64,000 nt of DNA, from contig MNCI01002227.1 in the NCBI GenBank assembly GCA_015680685.1, forward strand, positions 501,223-565,222, given 5' to 3'. Positions 13,873 to 27,299 of the stretch are shown piece after piece (within the stretch, counting starts at the first letter, position 1; the number at the start of each line of letters is the position of its first letter). Source of the DNA: Gnetum montanum (taxonomy: Eukaryota; Plantae; Gnetophyta). The translations under genes and the position numbers were made by a program. The notes below the pieces were generated by a model. The model was given only the letters and a program-made list of their open reading frames with translations, searched no databases and was not told where the DNA came from.

Positions 13873-14949
13873 CTTTCTCTTTAACATGTTAAATCAATAG
13901 TGCAAGAAACCCCCAAAATCCTTCAACCTCCCTACAACTATGATGCTCTTTAGTGTAGGATGGACAAAAAATGCTGGGATGGGTAATAGTTGAAGTTAAA
14001 ATCAATGGAAATGCTCTAATGCTCTTTTTTACCTATTAAGGATGATTAGCAAATTTGGTTTACGTAAAATTGATTCATGGGAATTACTCCCAAACTTATG
14101 TGTTGATAAAAAAAATCCATTCCTAAAACACCCACACAAATCCCACACAACTCAATGTTCAAAATTAGAAGATGGAAACTATGTTGGGTTAGTGGGAAGA
14201 TTAATTTTTTAAAATAATTTAAATTTGGATGGAGCCCACTAGGCATCTCCCAAATAAATCATAAAAAATCCTAATATACTAGGATTTAAGCAATCTAACT
14301 AACACTATGCTAGGGTTAACCCCATAAAAAGTCTTGGAATGCAATACTAACCTCAATTACTACCAAAATCTACACTCTAGTCATTCACTCATAATACATT
14401 GAAGCCAAGAAACCCCTATGCCAAATTTCAAAACCACATTAGAACATGCCATTGTGAGTAACCATTCTGGTGAAGAGCCCAACCATGTTGGCTAGCATTG
14501 CTCCAAGGGGGCTAGGACTTTTCAAGATCAACCAAGCCTCAAATTAACTCCAAGATGGTAATTCCAAACCCTAAACCCTAGCTAGAGCCTCCGACAGCTC
14601 TAGAAACTCCTAAAGCCCAACAAAAACTATTAAAAATCACTTATCTTGGACTACATCCTATTTTATTTCTTTATACTTTATTGGAAAAATGAAAAAAAGT
14701 ATGTACATGTAGTAAAAATCATGGAAAAATGGTAAGAATAGAAAATGTATGAGTTTAAAATATTTTAAAGAATGCAAAATGATTAAGAAATAGAAAAAGT
14801 ATAAAAGAATTGAAAAGATAGTAAAGAATGTGAAAAATTGATAAGAAATTGCAAAAATATAAGAAGAATCAAAAAGGAGTATTTGGAGCCTAAGTGTCAA
14901 ACTTGACATTCCCATGACTATCATTGAGAGTGGAAATTTGGAAGATTGA

Positions 14950-16780
14950 ATAGGCTAATAAATGATTTTGTAAACATGGTAGAGTCCTTGGAGGAGCAAG
15001 CAAAGTTACGAAATGGTTTCACCTATTTGAATATTGACAAGAATAAGCTTTTGTGGATTTGTTGCATGGTAAATTTACATGGTGCTAGATTGGTATGCAG
15101 CGTGGACAAGATAAGCTTCATCCCATCAAGTTTGGAACTTAGCTTTTTGTGGAACATGATTGGGATTATAGTAAAGGACCTTATTACCAGGATAGATAGA
15201 TACTTATCTTATTTTGACGTCATTGGAGTACTTCTTTTGGACTTTATTACTCATTTGAGCTACTAGTTAATTTTCGTCTAAGAGATTCAAATCCATTGGG
15301 CATTTTTTTTATGTAAATTTAGATCTAAGTCAAGGGTATTGACAGTTGCAAGGGCATTTAGTTCTACTTAGATTGATAGAGTAGATAGTAATTCTTCATG
15401 TCATTCTAGGTGATGGTGGTTCATCTTGCTTTGATGGCTTCTATGATTATTTAGCATCTTGATCCTCCATGTAAAAATGACTGAGTATCACTTGATACTT
15501 ATTAATATCTATTTGTGGATCATCAATGGTATAGGTCAAATTAGCTAAGTTGGTAGTTGTTGTAACTTTCCATAGATATGATAGATGTGGAAACATCTTA
15601 TTTGCTGCATAAAGTAGGCAACAAAGACTTTATGCTTAGCATCAAACACTTCAACCTTTTCTTTTAGCTCTTGGTATTTTACCATAATTCTTAGTAGGTT
15701 CTCCACAATCTCATGTTATTTAGTGCAATGTCCTTAGAGAACTTCTAGCTCTACTTGTGCTATACATAGCTTCCTTTTGGTCTCATCATGCAAATTTTTT
15801 TCATGATTAAATAGGATGAATGTAGCTACAACTTTCATCTTCACTTAACATGATGAGGTTAACATATTTGAGGTTAGCTAGCTCTATGTAGTGTATTAGC
15901 TCCTCTAGTTGTAGGTCCCTATTTTTGATCTCTACCTCATGTACCATTGTGATACCATCAAGAATGTTTTTCTAGGTAGCATTAGTAGTTTATTGTAGAG
16001 TAGCATTAAGATGTGCATTGGTTGTCTTGATTAGCTTCTCATTGATCTCCTTTTGGAAGTCTACCTGATCTATGTAATATCTCTTAAACATGTCATGCTT
16101 TATGACCTTAATCGTCCAGGTCCTAATTTCAATTTTGAAGCTCTACTGCTATGCACAGACCTTTGTCATGGATAAATTCCTATTTTCTCAAGCTGACTTC
16201 TTAATATCAACATTTGCCTTTACAAAATATTCATGAAGATAACTTAGCTGAATCTCCAACTATTTCTTTTCCTTAACTACATAAGTCAACCTTTGATTTT
16301 TGCCACTAGTTCTTTATTTATTTCCTCCAACATGACAATGTTCTTTTGTAAGGCATAAGTCTTAGCATTAGAAGTTAAATCATTCCTTGTGGTATTCTCC
16401 CATTCAATATCAATTGGTATTGCTTGGTAGTAAGATGTTGGACTTTTTTGGTTCTAAAGTTGTCAAGAAACTCTCATATCTTGAACCAAGCTGGATCTTA
16501 TAATTGAACATGTAGTTGGGTTACCTCATGTTATAATTGTTGAATCTTTGCATTAACATGTTGTAGTTGGATCTTGATAGGCACCAACATTTCCTTGACT
16601 GAAATTAATTCATCTTAAACTACTATAATGTTTTTAGGGATTTTGAAAATGCCTTGAATAGTCTGACCTACTTGGAGTAATTGAGCTAAGGCATTTTTGT
16701 GATGGAGAAGGTTCACTTCAATTTTTTTAACTTTTCAAATCTCACTACATCAAGATATTATGAAAGATAGTTCAATGTGC
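14950..16780 (-). pseudogene. Degraded coiled-coil-rich ORF remnant of unknown origin
   Basis: Minus-strand translation gives long heptad-like stretches (e.g. IKIQLQHVNAKIQQL*HEVTQLHVQL; FQKEINEKLIKTTNAHLNA) interrupted by stops. An acceptor-like TTGTTTCTAG lies near 16780. Confidence 0.4.
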
Positions 16781-16869
16781 TAGAAACAAGAAAACTATTT
16801 ATCATCAAGTAATATAAAGAAGATTATAAATTAGTGGTCCCATAACCCATAATAATATAATTCACTCAC

Positions 16870-19800
16870 ACACTCAATGACATTTCAAAGCATGAGGCTT
16901 TACAAGCATACAACGATTAGCCTCAATGCAAGGCACAACTAAATGAAATCTCTTCTAGAAACATAGGACTAAGATCTAAACACATAATGTAGATAAGAGA
17001 CATAAGAACAAACACATAATTCACCATCGAGCTGCATACACACTCATGCACTCTCATAATGTGATTTTATGCCACTTTTATTTTCATATCTCATAGCTTA
17101 TCTCATGACAAAAACCTAAAACAACTATAATATTTATTAAAAATTGAAGATAAGAATCCTAGAAACCTTTCCCTAAGCTCAACTTGAAGATTTCTAGTTG
17201 TTTCTATCTTATCTTGATTGTTTCCTAACTTGGAACTACCAACTTGAAAGTTTTCTCCACCATACAAGTTGTCTCCAAGATTTTCCAAAACATATTTTAT
17301 CAACAACTAGCATTCAGGTGAGGTGTCTCTAGGTAGTGGGAGATGTCTTCTGCAAAAGTGAGATGTCTCGTATCATAGGTCAACTCTTGGCAAAGATGCC
17401 TCCTAGACATGTGAGATGTCTTTTGTCTCCTCTTATTTTTTAGCCAAGACATCTTCTTGGCCTCCAAGATGTGTTCCTAGCATTCACAAACCTACAAAAA
17501 TCACCTATAGAAAGAAAAAGAAAATCAAAAGAGGTGTCCCTACATTAATTTTCCCACCCTTCAAAAAGTAAACTTATGTGAATAAGGGAGTAGGGGTAGA
17601 AGTGATCCCCCAGTCAACAAGTTTGATCTCATGGATCCATGTAACATCATCAATAGATTGATCCTTCCAATGAATCAATTACTCATTCCTTATTACTCCA
17701 AAAATGCTTTAAGCTTTCATCCTCTTAAGTATGATTACCTTCCTCTTCATTGAAGGCTTGGACTTATCAATAGCCTTGTTTAATTCATCAATGCTATCCT
17801 ACATAGTTTCATCATCAACTGGTCCATGGTAATGCATAAGATTTACAACATAAATATTAAAGACATACCCACATCATTTGGCAAGTTAATCTAAAATTCA
17901 TTATCATTAATTTTGGAATTTATTTTAAAAGGATCCATCTCCTTAGCTTTCAACTTGGAGAAGTTGACACCTCTCAACCTTTTCTTTTTTAAGTGCATCC
18001 AAATTGGATCACCAATAGCGAAGTTTGATTTTCACTTGTCCTCATTCCTCTTAAGGACTCTATCTTCAGCCTTCTTCTCTATATTTTCCTTTACTTATGT
18101 ATGAAGATCCCTCATCTCTTGCATAAAATTAGCACTTAGTTGAGATTCTTCCTTAAATTTCTTCACATTTTCCACCATATTTGGACAAAAATCATAATTC
18201 ACCTTAAATGCACTTTTTTCAATGACAACATAAAAACCATTATTATAAGAAAATTCGGCATAACATAGAAAATTTTCTCATTGATTGGGTTTTTCATCAC
18301 ATAAACACCTCAAAATGTTCAGGAAAGATTTATTCACTACTTTAGTTTGACCATTAGACTATGGATGATATGCACTAGAAAAATTCAATTTTGTTCCTAA
18401 AATTTTCCAAAGGGACCTCAAAAAATGACTAGGAAACTTAGAGTCTCTATCACTCACAATATCCAAAATAATTTCATGCAACTTCACAATAAGCTAGAAG
18501 AATAAATTTGCAACATGATAAGCATTACTCATCATTTTTCATAGAATGAAGTATGCCATCTTGGAGAACCTATTTACTATAATAAAAATAGCATCATTCA
18601 TACTTTTGATCTTTGGAATTCTAATTACAAAGTCCATTAACATACTTTTCCCTGGATCCTTGGGAATTGGCAAATACATGTAATGTCCATCCACTCTTTA
18701 ACTCCTTTGAATTTTTGACATGTCAAACAATCATTTAGAAATTTTGAAACTTTAGATATTGTTCTAGTCTAGAAATAGTACCTACCCTTAATATCTAATG
18801 TTCCATCCCTACCCATGTGACTTTCCATACTACTATAATGCTTTTCAACCAAAATATTCTTTCAAAAATCACAATTGGAAACACATACCTTCTTATTTTT
18901 GAATAACAATTCTTCTTGAATATGATAGTTACTTCATTAGTCTATTCTACTCAACAATGATTTCTTTAGGCTCATTCAAACCTACCCAAAATAATAATTA
19001 TGTTCATACAAATTAACAAAATCACCCATACCTTCTACATGAAGCACACTAAAATTTATCACCTGCACCCTAGATAATGCATCAACCATCACATTGGCTT
19101 TTCGCTTTTGTGCTTCATCACAAAATTGAACTCATGTAACTATGCAATCCACTTCATGTGTTAACACTCAACTTCCTTTGGGAATTTAGAAATTGAAGTT
19201 CTTTGTGGTCCATCATTAAGGGGACCTCCTTGGATAACAAGTAATGCATCCAATTCTTGATCTCTTGAAGAACAATGCACACCTTATTCTCAGTTATGCT
19301 ATATTTTTTCCCTTAACTCATTAAAATTTTTTAAAAAGAAAATAACAAGCCTACCTTCTTTTGAAAGTACCCCTTCAATGGTAAGTTCACTTGGAACTAC
19401 CTCCACCTAAAAAAGCTTCCAAAAATTTAGAATTGTAAGCATTGGCATACTAGGTTTTTTCTCCATTAGTAAGTCAAAGTACCTTTGAGTTTCATCACCT
19501 CACCTAAAATATTTATTCTTATTGAACAAAGCAAACATAGGTCAAGATATATCATGAAATATTTTTATGAATCTTCCATGAAATATTTTTATGAATCTTC
19601 CATAAAAACCTACTAAACTAAAATATGATCTTACCTTCCCAACATTCTTAAAAGTTGGCCAATCTCTAATAGCCCTTAGCTTGGCAGCTTCCATTTGAAT
19701 TTGGTTTTTAGAAACCACCTGAGTATCTAATCTCCCTCTTGAAGAAATAACCTTTCTTCTCATTGATTACCAAATATGCCTTTTCTAATTTAAGACATAC

Positions 19801-21600
19801 TCTCCTCAAGTGATCCAAGTGTTTCTTCTCATTAGAGGAGTACATCAAAATATCATCACAGAAGATAATACAATACTTATCAATAAAGTCTTTGAGTACA
19901 TCATGCATCAACCTCATGAATTTAGCAAGTGCATTTTTGATTATAGATGGCAACCACTCAAATAATTCATCTAATATTTTGAAAGCTATCTTCCATTTAT
20001 CACTAGGTTTGATTCAAATTTAATGGTATCCACTCTTCAAATCAATTTTGCTAAAGATCTTTGCATTGGTAAGGACATCATGAATATCATCCACAATTGG
20101 AATAGGAAACCTCTACCTCAATGTTATCCTATTCATTTCCCTAGAATTAGTGCATATTCTCCATTCATCATTGTTCTTCTTTAGCACAAGCACTACTGGA
20201 ATTTCACAAGGTGAAATGGATTTCCTCGTGAAGCCATTTGCAAGTAACTCCTCTACTTGCCTTTGAAATTATACTTATTGATTTAGTACCATCTACTATG
20301 ATCTCTCATTTGGAATGATAGCACCAACAATAAAATCAATTTTGTGCTATACATTACTCATTGATGGAAATCCATCCAATTCTTCCTTGAACACCTTGGG
20401 AAATTACTCCTTCAAGCCTAGCACACCTCTTGGAAGTTCTACCTACACGTCATCATAGTTAGTTAGCAATAATTGATTTAATAACAAATCCAAAATTAGT
20501 TTCATTATGTTCCTTAATGTATTTCCTCTCTCTTAGAAGGATTAATAAATTATTAAGTAAGCTTTACTATCTCACATATATAGCTGTCATAGGAATCAAC
20601 TCATGGATTCCATCAAGCCTAGCTACACTCCATACATTGCTTACCCAATCAAATTGAGCACCATTGTCAAAATTCCAAGGTCTACCAAGAATTAAATCAA
20701 CATAATTAATTTGAAGTACATCCCATTTTATAACATCATGAAAATTCCCAATTTTAAATTTCAAAACATATTTCTCTCTCACCTTGTGAAAGAAATCTCT
20801 TGACAACCATTGTACCTTGTAGGATTTAGGATGAGGATTAGCTACCAAACCCAATTTAGCAACTAATCTAAATAAAATAATATTTTTTTGACCTTCTTCA
20901 TCAATTAAAATATGAATCCATTCCCTACTAAGTGAACATCTAGCCCCAATTTGAAATAACAATTTTGTAGTAGGATGGTCTCCTCTATTCACATTCCTCA
21001 TGAATGCACTAGAATTTAGTTTGGAAACTTCCTTAATCTTAGGAGCATTAGGATTACCCCTTTGAAGGCCTTCACTAGATGTCTTCTCCACTTCTATTAT
21101 TTGCACATCCTTACCCTTGGCTACTTTAAGAAGTGGACACTCTCATTACTTATGTACCCATTCTCCACACTTAAAGTATTGAATCTTGGATGAGTTATTG
21201 TCTTGAACCTTATCATCCTTACCTTGGTCCTTCTTGGCTTTGCCCTTTTTATTATCCTTCTCTATCTTCTTATTATCAATGTCATCTTTGTCTTTAGATT
21301 TGGACTTAGAGCCCTTTTTTGATTTTGATCCCTTGTCTTTCTCTTTTGAAGCTTATTTGCTCCTATTTCCAAAACCATTGAGTTTCTTTGCAACCTTAAG
21401 TATCAAATCATAAGTCTCATCAAGAGTTTATGGCTCATAGAATGGAAACTCTTGCTAATGCACTATTTTGAGACCTCCAAGAAAGATTAAAGCTTGTTTG
21501 TACTCATCCTAGTTTATCTTAACATGATGGAATTGTTCATAAAATTTGATGTAAAACTACTTAACATCTTTGTCATCTTACCTTACGAAAGTCAACTTCA
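16870..21600 (-). mobile_element. Chromovirus (CRM-like) Ty3/Gypsy remnant, 5'-truncated, with 3' LTR at ~16870-17544
   Basis: Minus strand order: gag/Zn-knuckle remnant (~21.15 kb), PR (LVAKLGLVANPHPKSYKVQWL..DLILGRPW, 20567-21106), RT ([11 protein letters not shown]; IIFCDDILMYS), RNase H, integrase, chromodomain (LIHWKDQSIDDVTW, ~17640-17680), PPT GAAGGGTGGGAAAA, then TGTAGGGACACC at 17544. The left boundary is uncertain. Confidence 0.8.
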
Positions 21601-22069
21601 TGATCATCTATTATCTCTAATGAGTAGTGAATACCCTTACACTCAACCATACAAATCACAAGTGTTCACACATGATTTGGTCAAATTTTGTAGACCTTAA
21701 GTCTTCAAGTGCACTAGTTCAAAAAGGCGAAATCTAATCATTACAATTGTTGTCTTTCCAATTACACTTGTAAAATGCAAGGGTATGGTTAAGTGTAATT
21801 GAGGCATATGATTTTTATCATTTTTTATGTTTTATGTTCTTGGTGCTTAAAATAAAGAAATTAAGTAATTTTTAATGGGTAATTTAATCTAACTAATTAA
21901 TCTCTAATTAATCCTAACATAAGTATTCGGTCCCACTTTTCATACACATCCTGAACATGTATAATGTTGCTGGGTTACCAAATGTTAAGCATTGCTAGGA
22001 TTACCAAGTGCCATGCACATGCTCGAAGTGATTATACTTATGTGCTTAATTAATTGCTATTTAATCTAG

Positions 22070-22110
22070 CTAACTTAATTTAGCTTAATTTAGCTTAATT
22101 TAGCTTAATT
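22070..22110. repeat. (TAGCTTAATT)x4 minisatellite
   Basis: Directly visible. Confidence 0.9.
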
Positions 22111-24299
22111 ACTTGAAAGAATTAAATAAGATTGCATAAAACATTAAATGCATAAATAAAATATTTAATCTAGCTAAAGTGCGACAAGGTTTATTAGAAA
22201 GCTTGTCTTTATTGCCACACACACTGCAATGCTCAAGTACAATAGTGCTCAAATAAATATCCATACACTCAATGACTCATGCTATGGGCACTTATGAAAA
22301 TATTCTAACTTTGGAGAAAAGAAGTTACAAGAGCTCTACTATGCTATGATAACACTTATGCCCAAACTGTATGCCCAAGTGCTATATTTATAGGCTGGCA
22401 CATATCTCATGATATCAAATATCTGACATCGCTTCTAGGTCCTTGATATTAGAGAAAAACAAAATACACTTCATCATACCCCCATGATTGAATGAAAACT
22501 CATCCTCAAGTGAACAAAAGGAGGAACAAGTCCCTTACAAAATATTGGGAAGGTATAGGATTATTGATTGATATGTAAACTAACTCAAATGAAATAGATA
22601 GACTTTAAGAGCCCAAGTATAAAAATTTACAATCTTTTATAAAATTGGGTGTTTATGACAATAGAATTAACCATGCTAGCTAAAATTGATATCCAACTTC
22701 TTTGGTAGCTGAAGAGCGAAGCAAAAGATACAATGATCATGAAGAGTCGTTGTCACATGGTGCTGTTACTTATTCTTTGGTGAAGATAGTCCTTCTTTCA
22801 ATCCATGCTTACAATTACAATCACAAAAAAATTGTAGATTAGTATGTAATATGCAGCATATAGCTTTTAGATACCTTTCTTATGGGTAGTTACACTTGGT
22901 TAGGTTGTGATTATGGTGGATTGATTCCTTTAATAGTGTTAACAGGAAGACCAAAAAATGAGGTGAAATGAATAAGTAGTCCATTACTAAATTTTGAAAA
23001 GCCTAGATGCCATGAAATACTTGAAGAGGGGTAAAGAATTCATAAAAACAAAAAAGAGGATTTCACTAAAAAATGTTGTGAAGATGCACACAATTGTATG
23101 TCATTAATGGGGCACACAAAAGGATTTGATTATGAGAATGTCTAAGGGTAAAGAACTTAACTAACCCAACCAAAAGGTATGCAAGTGAGTCCTTTTTAAA
23201 GCAAGCACATGCCCTTTGTTGCCCTTAAATAAGCTCAAACCAAGGAGTTTATGGATCCCATGGGTGATTAATGATTACAAAAAGCTAAGTACAAAAACTT
23301 GGAAGAAACTACCTAAGAATTTCAACACATCAAACTAAGATATTGAATAAGAACATGAACACTGGTAATGAGGTGAGGCATGGAAAGCATAGATGGATGA
23401 GAAAGAGAAAGTGGAATGGAGTTTCCAATTAAGGTCACATGAAGTCCCTTGTGAATTTTGTCATTAAGTGACTTGATAAAATCCATTCTTAGTCCAGACC
23501 AAAACCAACCATATTCAGTGACTTTGCATCACCACTCTAAGACTAGTCCACCCCCTTGAGACACAAGAGTGCTCCCACAAAACAACCACCAATCCTTATT
23601 TAAAGAAGAAAAGAGAAGAAAGAAGTGAGAAAGGGCCTTAGTTAGAGGAGACCTTTAGGCATGGGTAACATGTCTTTCTAGTCCCATAACCAGTGCTTGC
23701 AGCTCATTTATTCTTTCTAAGGGATGTGCTTTGAATCCCATCATTTTTTTTTTGAAATGGAAACCACACCATGCAAGAAATTATTCAACTTCCTAGTATT
23801 GGTTGACACAAAATGGTAAGAAATTCATGAAAACACACATACACCCAAGTAATTAGAAAGGCACAAAGAGTACCCAATTCCCTTGAAGTCACACCCTGTT
23901 CAAACCTTTGAATCCTCAATGTAGTCCACCAATGATAGTGTAGTAGGAATGGTATCAATGTAGTCACAAAAGTTCATTTACTATTTATAGTAAATGGATA
24001 GATTTTGTGGCTACAGCCCATTTCAAACTTACTATAAATGGCAACTATGTTGAAAGTAGATGATCGTTGACTAAGGCCAACGTAGTAAGGATGGCACCAA
24101 CATAGTCACAAAAGTCTATTTACTATTTATAGTAAATAGATGGGTTTTATAGCTGTAGTTCATTCTAGACCTACCAAAGATAATATCTACATTGGAAGAA
24201 GATGACCATTGTAGCCTACACATTAACACCAATCTATTATCAATCATGGCAGTTATGCATAGGTCAAAAAATAGTAATCCTACCCTATAAGAATCTAAT

Positions 24300-25740
24300 G
24301 TCAACACCATTTTCAGGTTCCCAACTTTTCACATGTTTGAACTTTGGCATTTTCAACACTCTTGGTAGTTCGAATTTTTGACACATTACAGCACTTTGGC
24401 ACTTTGCAACCTTTCATAGCAATTCCACTTCCACAACCAACAAAGCCCATTACAACCTCACCTTGTAGTGTTTTTTGGTAATAGAAACTGGTACTATGCT
24501 AGGCACAAACACTTCCACATAGCTTCCATTACTCCAAAATTATAGTACCAATCCCATTCTCATGTTGCAGATCCTAGTGAAAAATTGATGAAAAGTTGTT
24601 GAAAATCAGAGCGAGGAAGAAATTGGATCATGAAGTTGTAGTAGGATGTTCTGCAAGCAACTTCTTATGCTTTTGGCACAAAACCTATACTTCATGAACC
24701 TTCATTCTTTATTTTTTATAAATTTTATTGTTCAAGTTATGCAAGTTTTAGTTTACATTTCCATTTCTGCACTTGTTTTCATTTCAGGCCTACAATAATA
24801 ATACTATTTCCATTTCTATTTCTAAAGCCATTTATGTTTTCATTTGGTCATTTTTGTTTATGTTTATTTTTTCATTTCTATTTTCATCTACAATTATGTT
24901 TACATTTTCATAGCCATTTCCATTTATGTTCCATAAGTCCTTGGATGATCAACAAGACCATACAAGGCATCCTAAGTCCTGTTTTTCAAAGGCCCTTGGG
25001 ATTCAGGGTTAAAACTATTCTAGAATCTTTTAGTTTTTCCATTTCAACAACTAATATTTTCATCACCAATAGTTTTCTAGTGCTAGAAGGAGGGCCTCTG
25101 CCTAAATTCTTGGCCATAAACCCATTTTAGCCATTTATGTCCTTCCATCATTCCATAATACTAATGTTGGCTATCATATCTTCTTTCACAAGCCTTGGTG
25201 TAGTAGCGGTAATAGAGTTGGATTTTGCTACAAATTTCCTGTCTACTGCAACATTCATTTCATTCAACACCATTCTTTCCAATGTTATTCCATCTAACAT
25301 CGTTCCTACTATGAAACTTGTTTTCGTCCAATAGGTAAACTACTTTTTCTTTTTCTTGTTTTCACTGTTTAGTAGTAGTTTTCTACTGCCTTTCTATTTT
25401 TTGATCAATTATGTTAGTAGACTATCCTACCTAGTACTTTTTAAACCAAAAATAGTAAAAAATCTAAAGACTCCATTTTCAACATGTTGTTTCAACAATC
25501 AACCAAGCTGCCCTTTGATTTCACCAACGGTGGATCTAATCACCAAGCTATAAGGATATATGATCCTAAAGACCCCACCATGATTGAATGTAGATTTTCC
25601 TTGAGACTTAGGGGAAAAATTCCTAATTTCTTTATCATAAATGAAAAGCATTATAACTTCATTTATGCTAACATCTAGGTTGATATGCTGATTCTACAAA
25701 AAAATGTAGAAGCAAAGAGGGAATTTGAGCTCATACACCA
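24300..25740 (+). mobile_element. Tat-type copy B, 5' part (LTR end, PBS, start of gag), cut by insertion of copy C
   Basis: PBS TAGTGCTAGAAGGAGGG at 25078-25094. IRIYDPKDPTMIECRFSLRLRGK is homologous to the gag start of copy A. The sequence resumes at 45901. The LTR start was not determined. Confidence 0.75.
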
Positions 25741-27158
25741 TGAAACACCACAAAATTCTGAGCTCAGTACTTCTCCAACAAAAATCAAGCTAACTCATGA
25801 TGCTCCCTAGCATGACTAAAGCTTGAGGGTCCCACAGACAGCTTCAAGCAGAGTCAAACTCAACAAGAAGCAGTTCCCTGGGACTCGCAAACGACCACGG
25901 CGACATCTGGTATCAAACATGGCAACTTCGGAGCTCAAGATACTTAGTTCTCACTAAGTATACATTCCCAGCGTATACGCCCAGCATATGCTCCCAGCGT
26001 ATATGCCCAGCGTACACGCCTCACATGTACGCTTAGCATATATGACTGATGTGTGCGCCTGACATGCAACTCCCAAAGATGGCATGGAAACAACACTTCA
26101 GAGCAATATTTTGTACAAAGCATCAACTCACGCGAACAGAGCAATCATCAGGTGTCATCATGGGCTCCAGAAAGTCAAATTTTGGTCTCGACATCATGCA
26201 TTTTGGAGTTCATACGCTGAGCATGTACATTCTGCATGCCCAGCATGTATGCCCCGCATGTACGCCCCACGTATACACCCAGCATGTACAAAGTGTATGA
26301 CCAGTATGTAGCACAATGTATACCAATCAAAGCTCTCCTGTACCGTGTCAAATCAAGGTTAACCAAGCTGAACATCTATAGGCAGCATCCTCATGGCATC
26401 CGAATTCAAATCTGAAGGTCAAACGACTTCTTTTGTTTTGATCAAGTCTGTACACCGAGGTCATATGTCCAGCGTGTATACGCTGGCGTGCAGCACGTTG
26501 TACACTTGTAAAATTTCATTCTTTCGCACTCGGTCAATGCACCACATGTCACCCGACCCGAGTCTAAACTTGTATAAAAACCCCAATTTTTCATTAGATC
26601 GGGGTGGGCAATTTTGAGCAAACTAGAGACAAAAAAAAGGAACCAGAGACGCTGAGAAACCAGAGAGCAAAGCAAAAACCCTGTACGCTGGACCTTAACC
26701 CTGCACACTGAGCATACAGCTTTCACGCTGTGCCTGCAGTTTAAACTAGTACACAATCATCCCTACGCATCCACTGGGGCTCTTCGTCCGCCTTGTGTCA
26801 GATTCACAACTGCGTTAGACCAGTGCATTGTAACTTTCAGTTTCATAATAATATTATCACATCTGTTTTGCTAAGATTTGACAGTTTTTCGTTCATTATT
26901 TCATGCTTATTACTTACGTTCCTGTACATTTATGCTCCATTTTACATTAGTTACGTTGTTTACGTATAACCCAGCATATAGTATATCGGTGTACGTTCGG
27001 GGAAATCCTTGCCTGATCTACGTGCGAACCACTCAAGGTACTCTACCTTCGTTAATTCGAGCTTGCCCTCAAGTGAAGGTAGGATCTTCTGTGCGTGTCC
27101 AGGGATCTCCAGGTTTCTGTTTCATTCCAGCCGGAGACCGACGATTTCGGACAGTACA
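25741..27158 (+). repeat. 5' LTR of copy C
   Basis: TGAAACACCAC...GACAGTACA; matches 44443-45895. I count 8 differences in the first ~230 bp, all transitions. Confidence 0.95.
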
Positions 27159-27164
27159 GAAAAA

Positions 27165-27181
27165 TGACGCTAGAAGGAGGG
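27165..27181 (+). promoter_or_regulatory. PBS complementary to plant tRNA-Asn(GUU) 3' end
   Basis: TGACGCTAGAAGGAGGG, 6 nt after the LTR. It has one mismatch to the complement of ...CCCUCCUUCUAGCGCCA (tRNA sequence recalled from memory). Confidence 0.85.
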
Positions 27182-27299
27182 CCCGAAACTGCTTAAAACT
27201 TACTGTGCTCTCATACCCCGATCTTCCCAAACTCACACTGCATCGACACTAAACCCAGTTCTAAAATTCCCGGATCGGCATCCCGTTCTACAGAATTCC

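Larger units (their letters stand above)
2900..14520 (+). mobile_element. Tat-type Ty3/Gypsy copy A (old): LTR 3' part, PBS, gag-PR, antisense accessory gene; no pol found. Boundaries approximate
   Basis: The LTR-end sequence before the PBS resembles that of copy B. gag, PR and the antisense gene are homologous to copies C and D. A PPT-like AAGGGGGCTA lies at ~14504. Confidence 0.7.

Noticed and set aside
14566-14582. AAACCCTAAACCCTAG as an interstitial telomere
   Set aside because: Only two units; telo-box-like and common in plant DNA.
27165-27187. tRNA gene
   Set aside because: Only the complement of a tRNA 3' end is present (the PBS); there is no cloverleaf.
25944-27252. Short ORFs within LTRs (also 37.1-38.5, 44.6-45.9 and 50.0-51.1 kb)
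   Set aside because: Their frames and lengths differ between LTR copies and they contain no recognisable domain.
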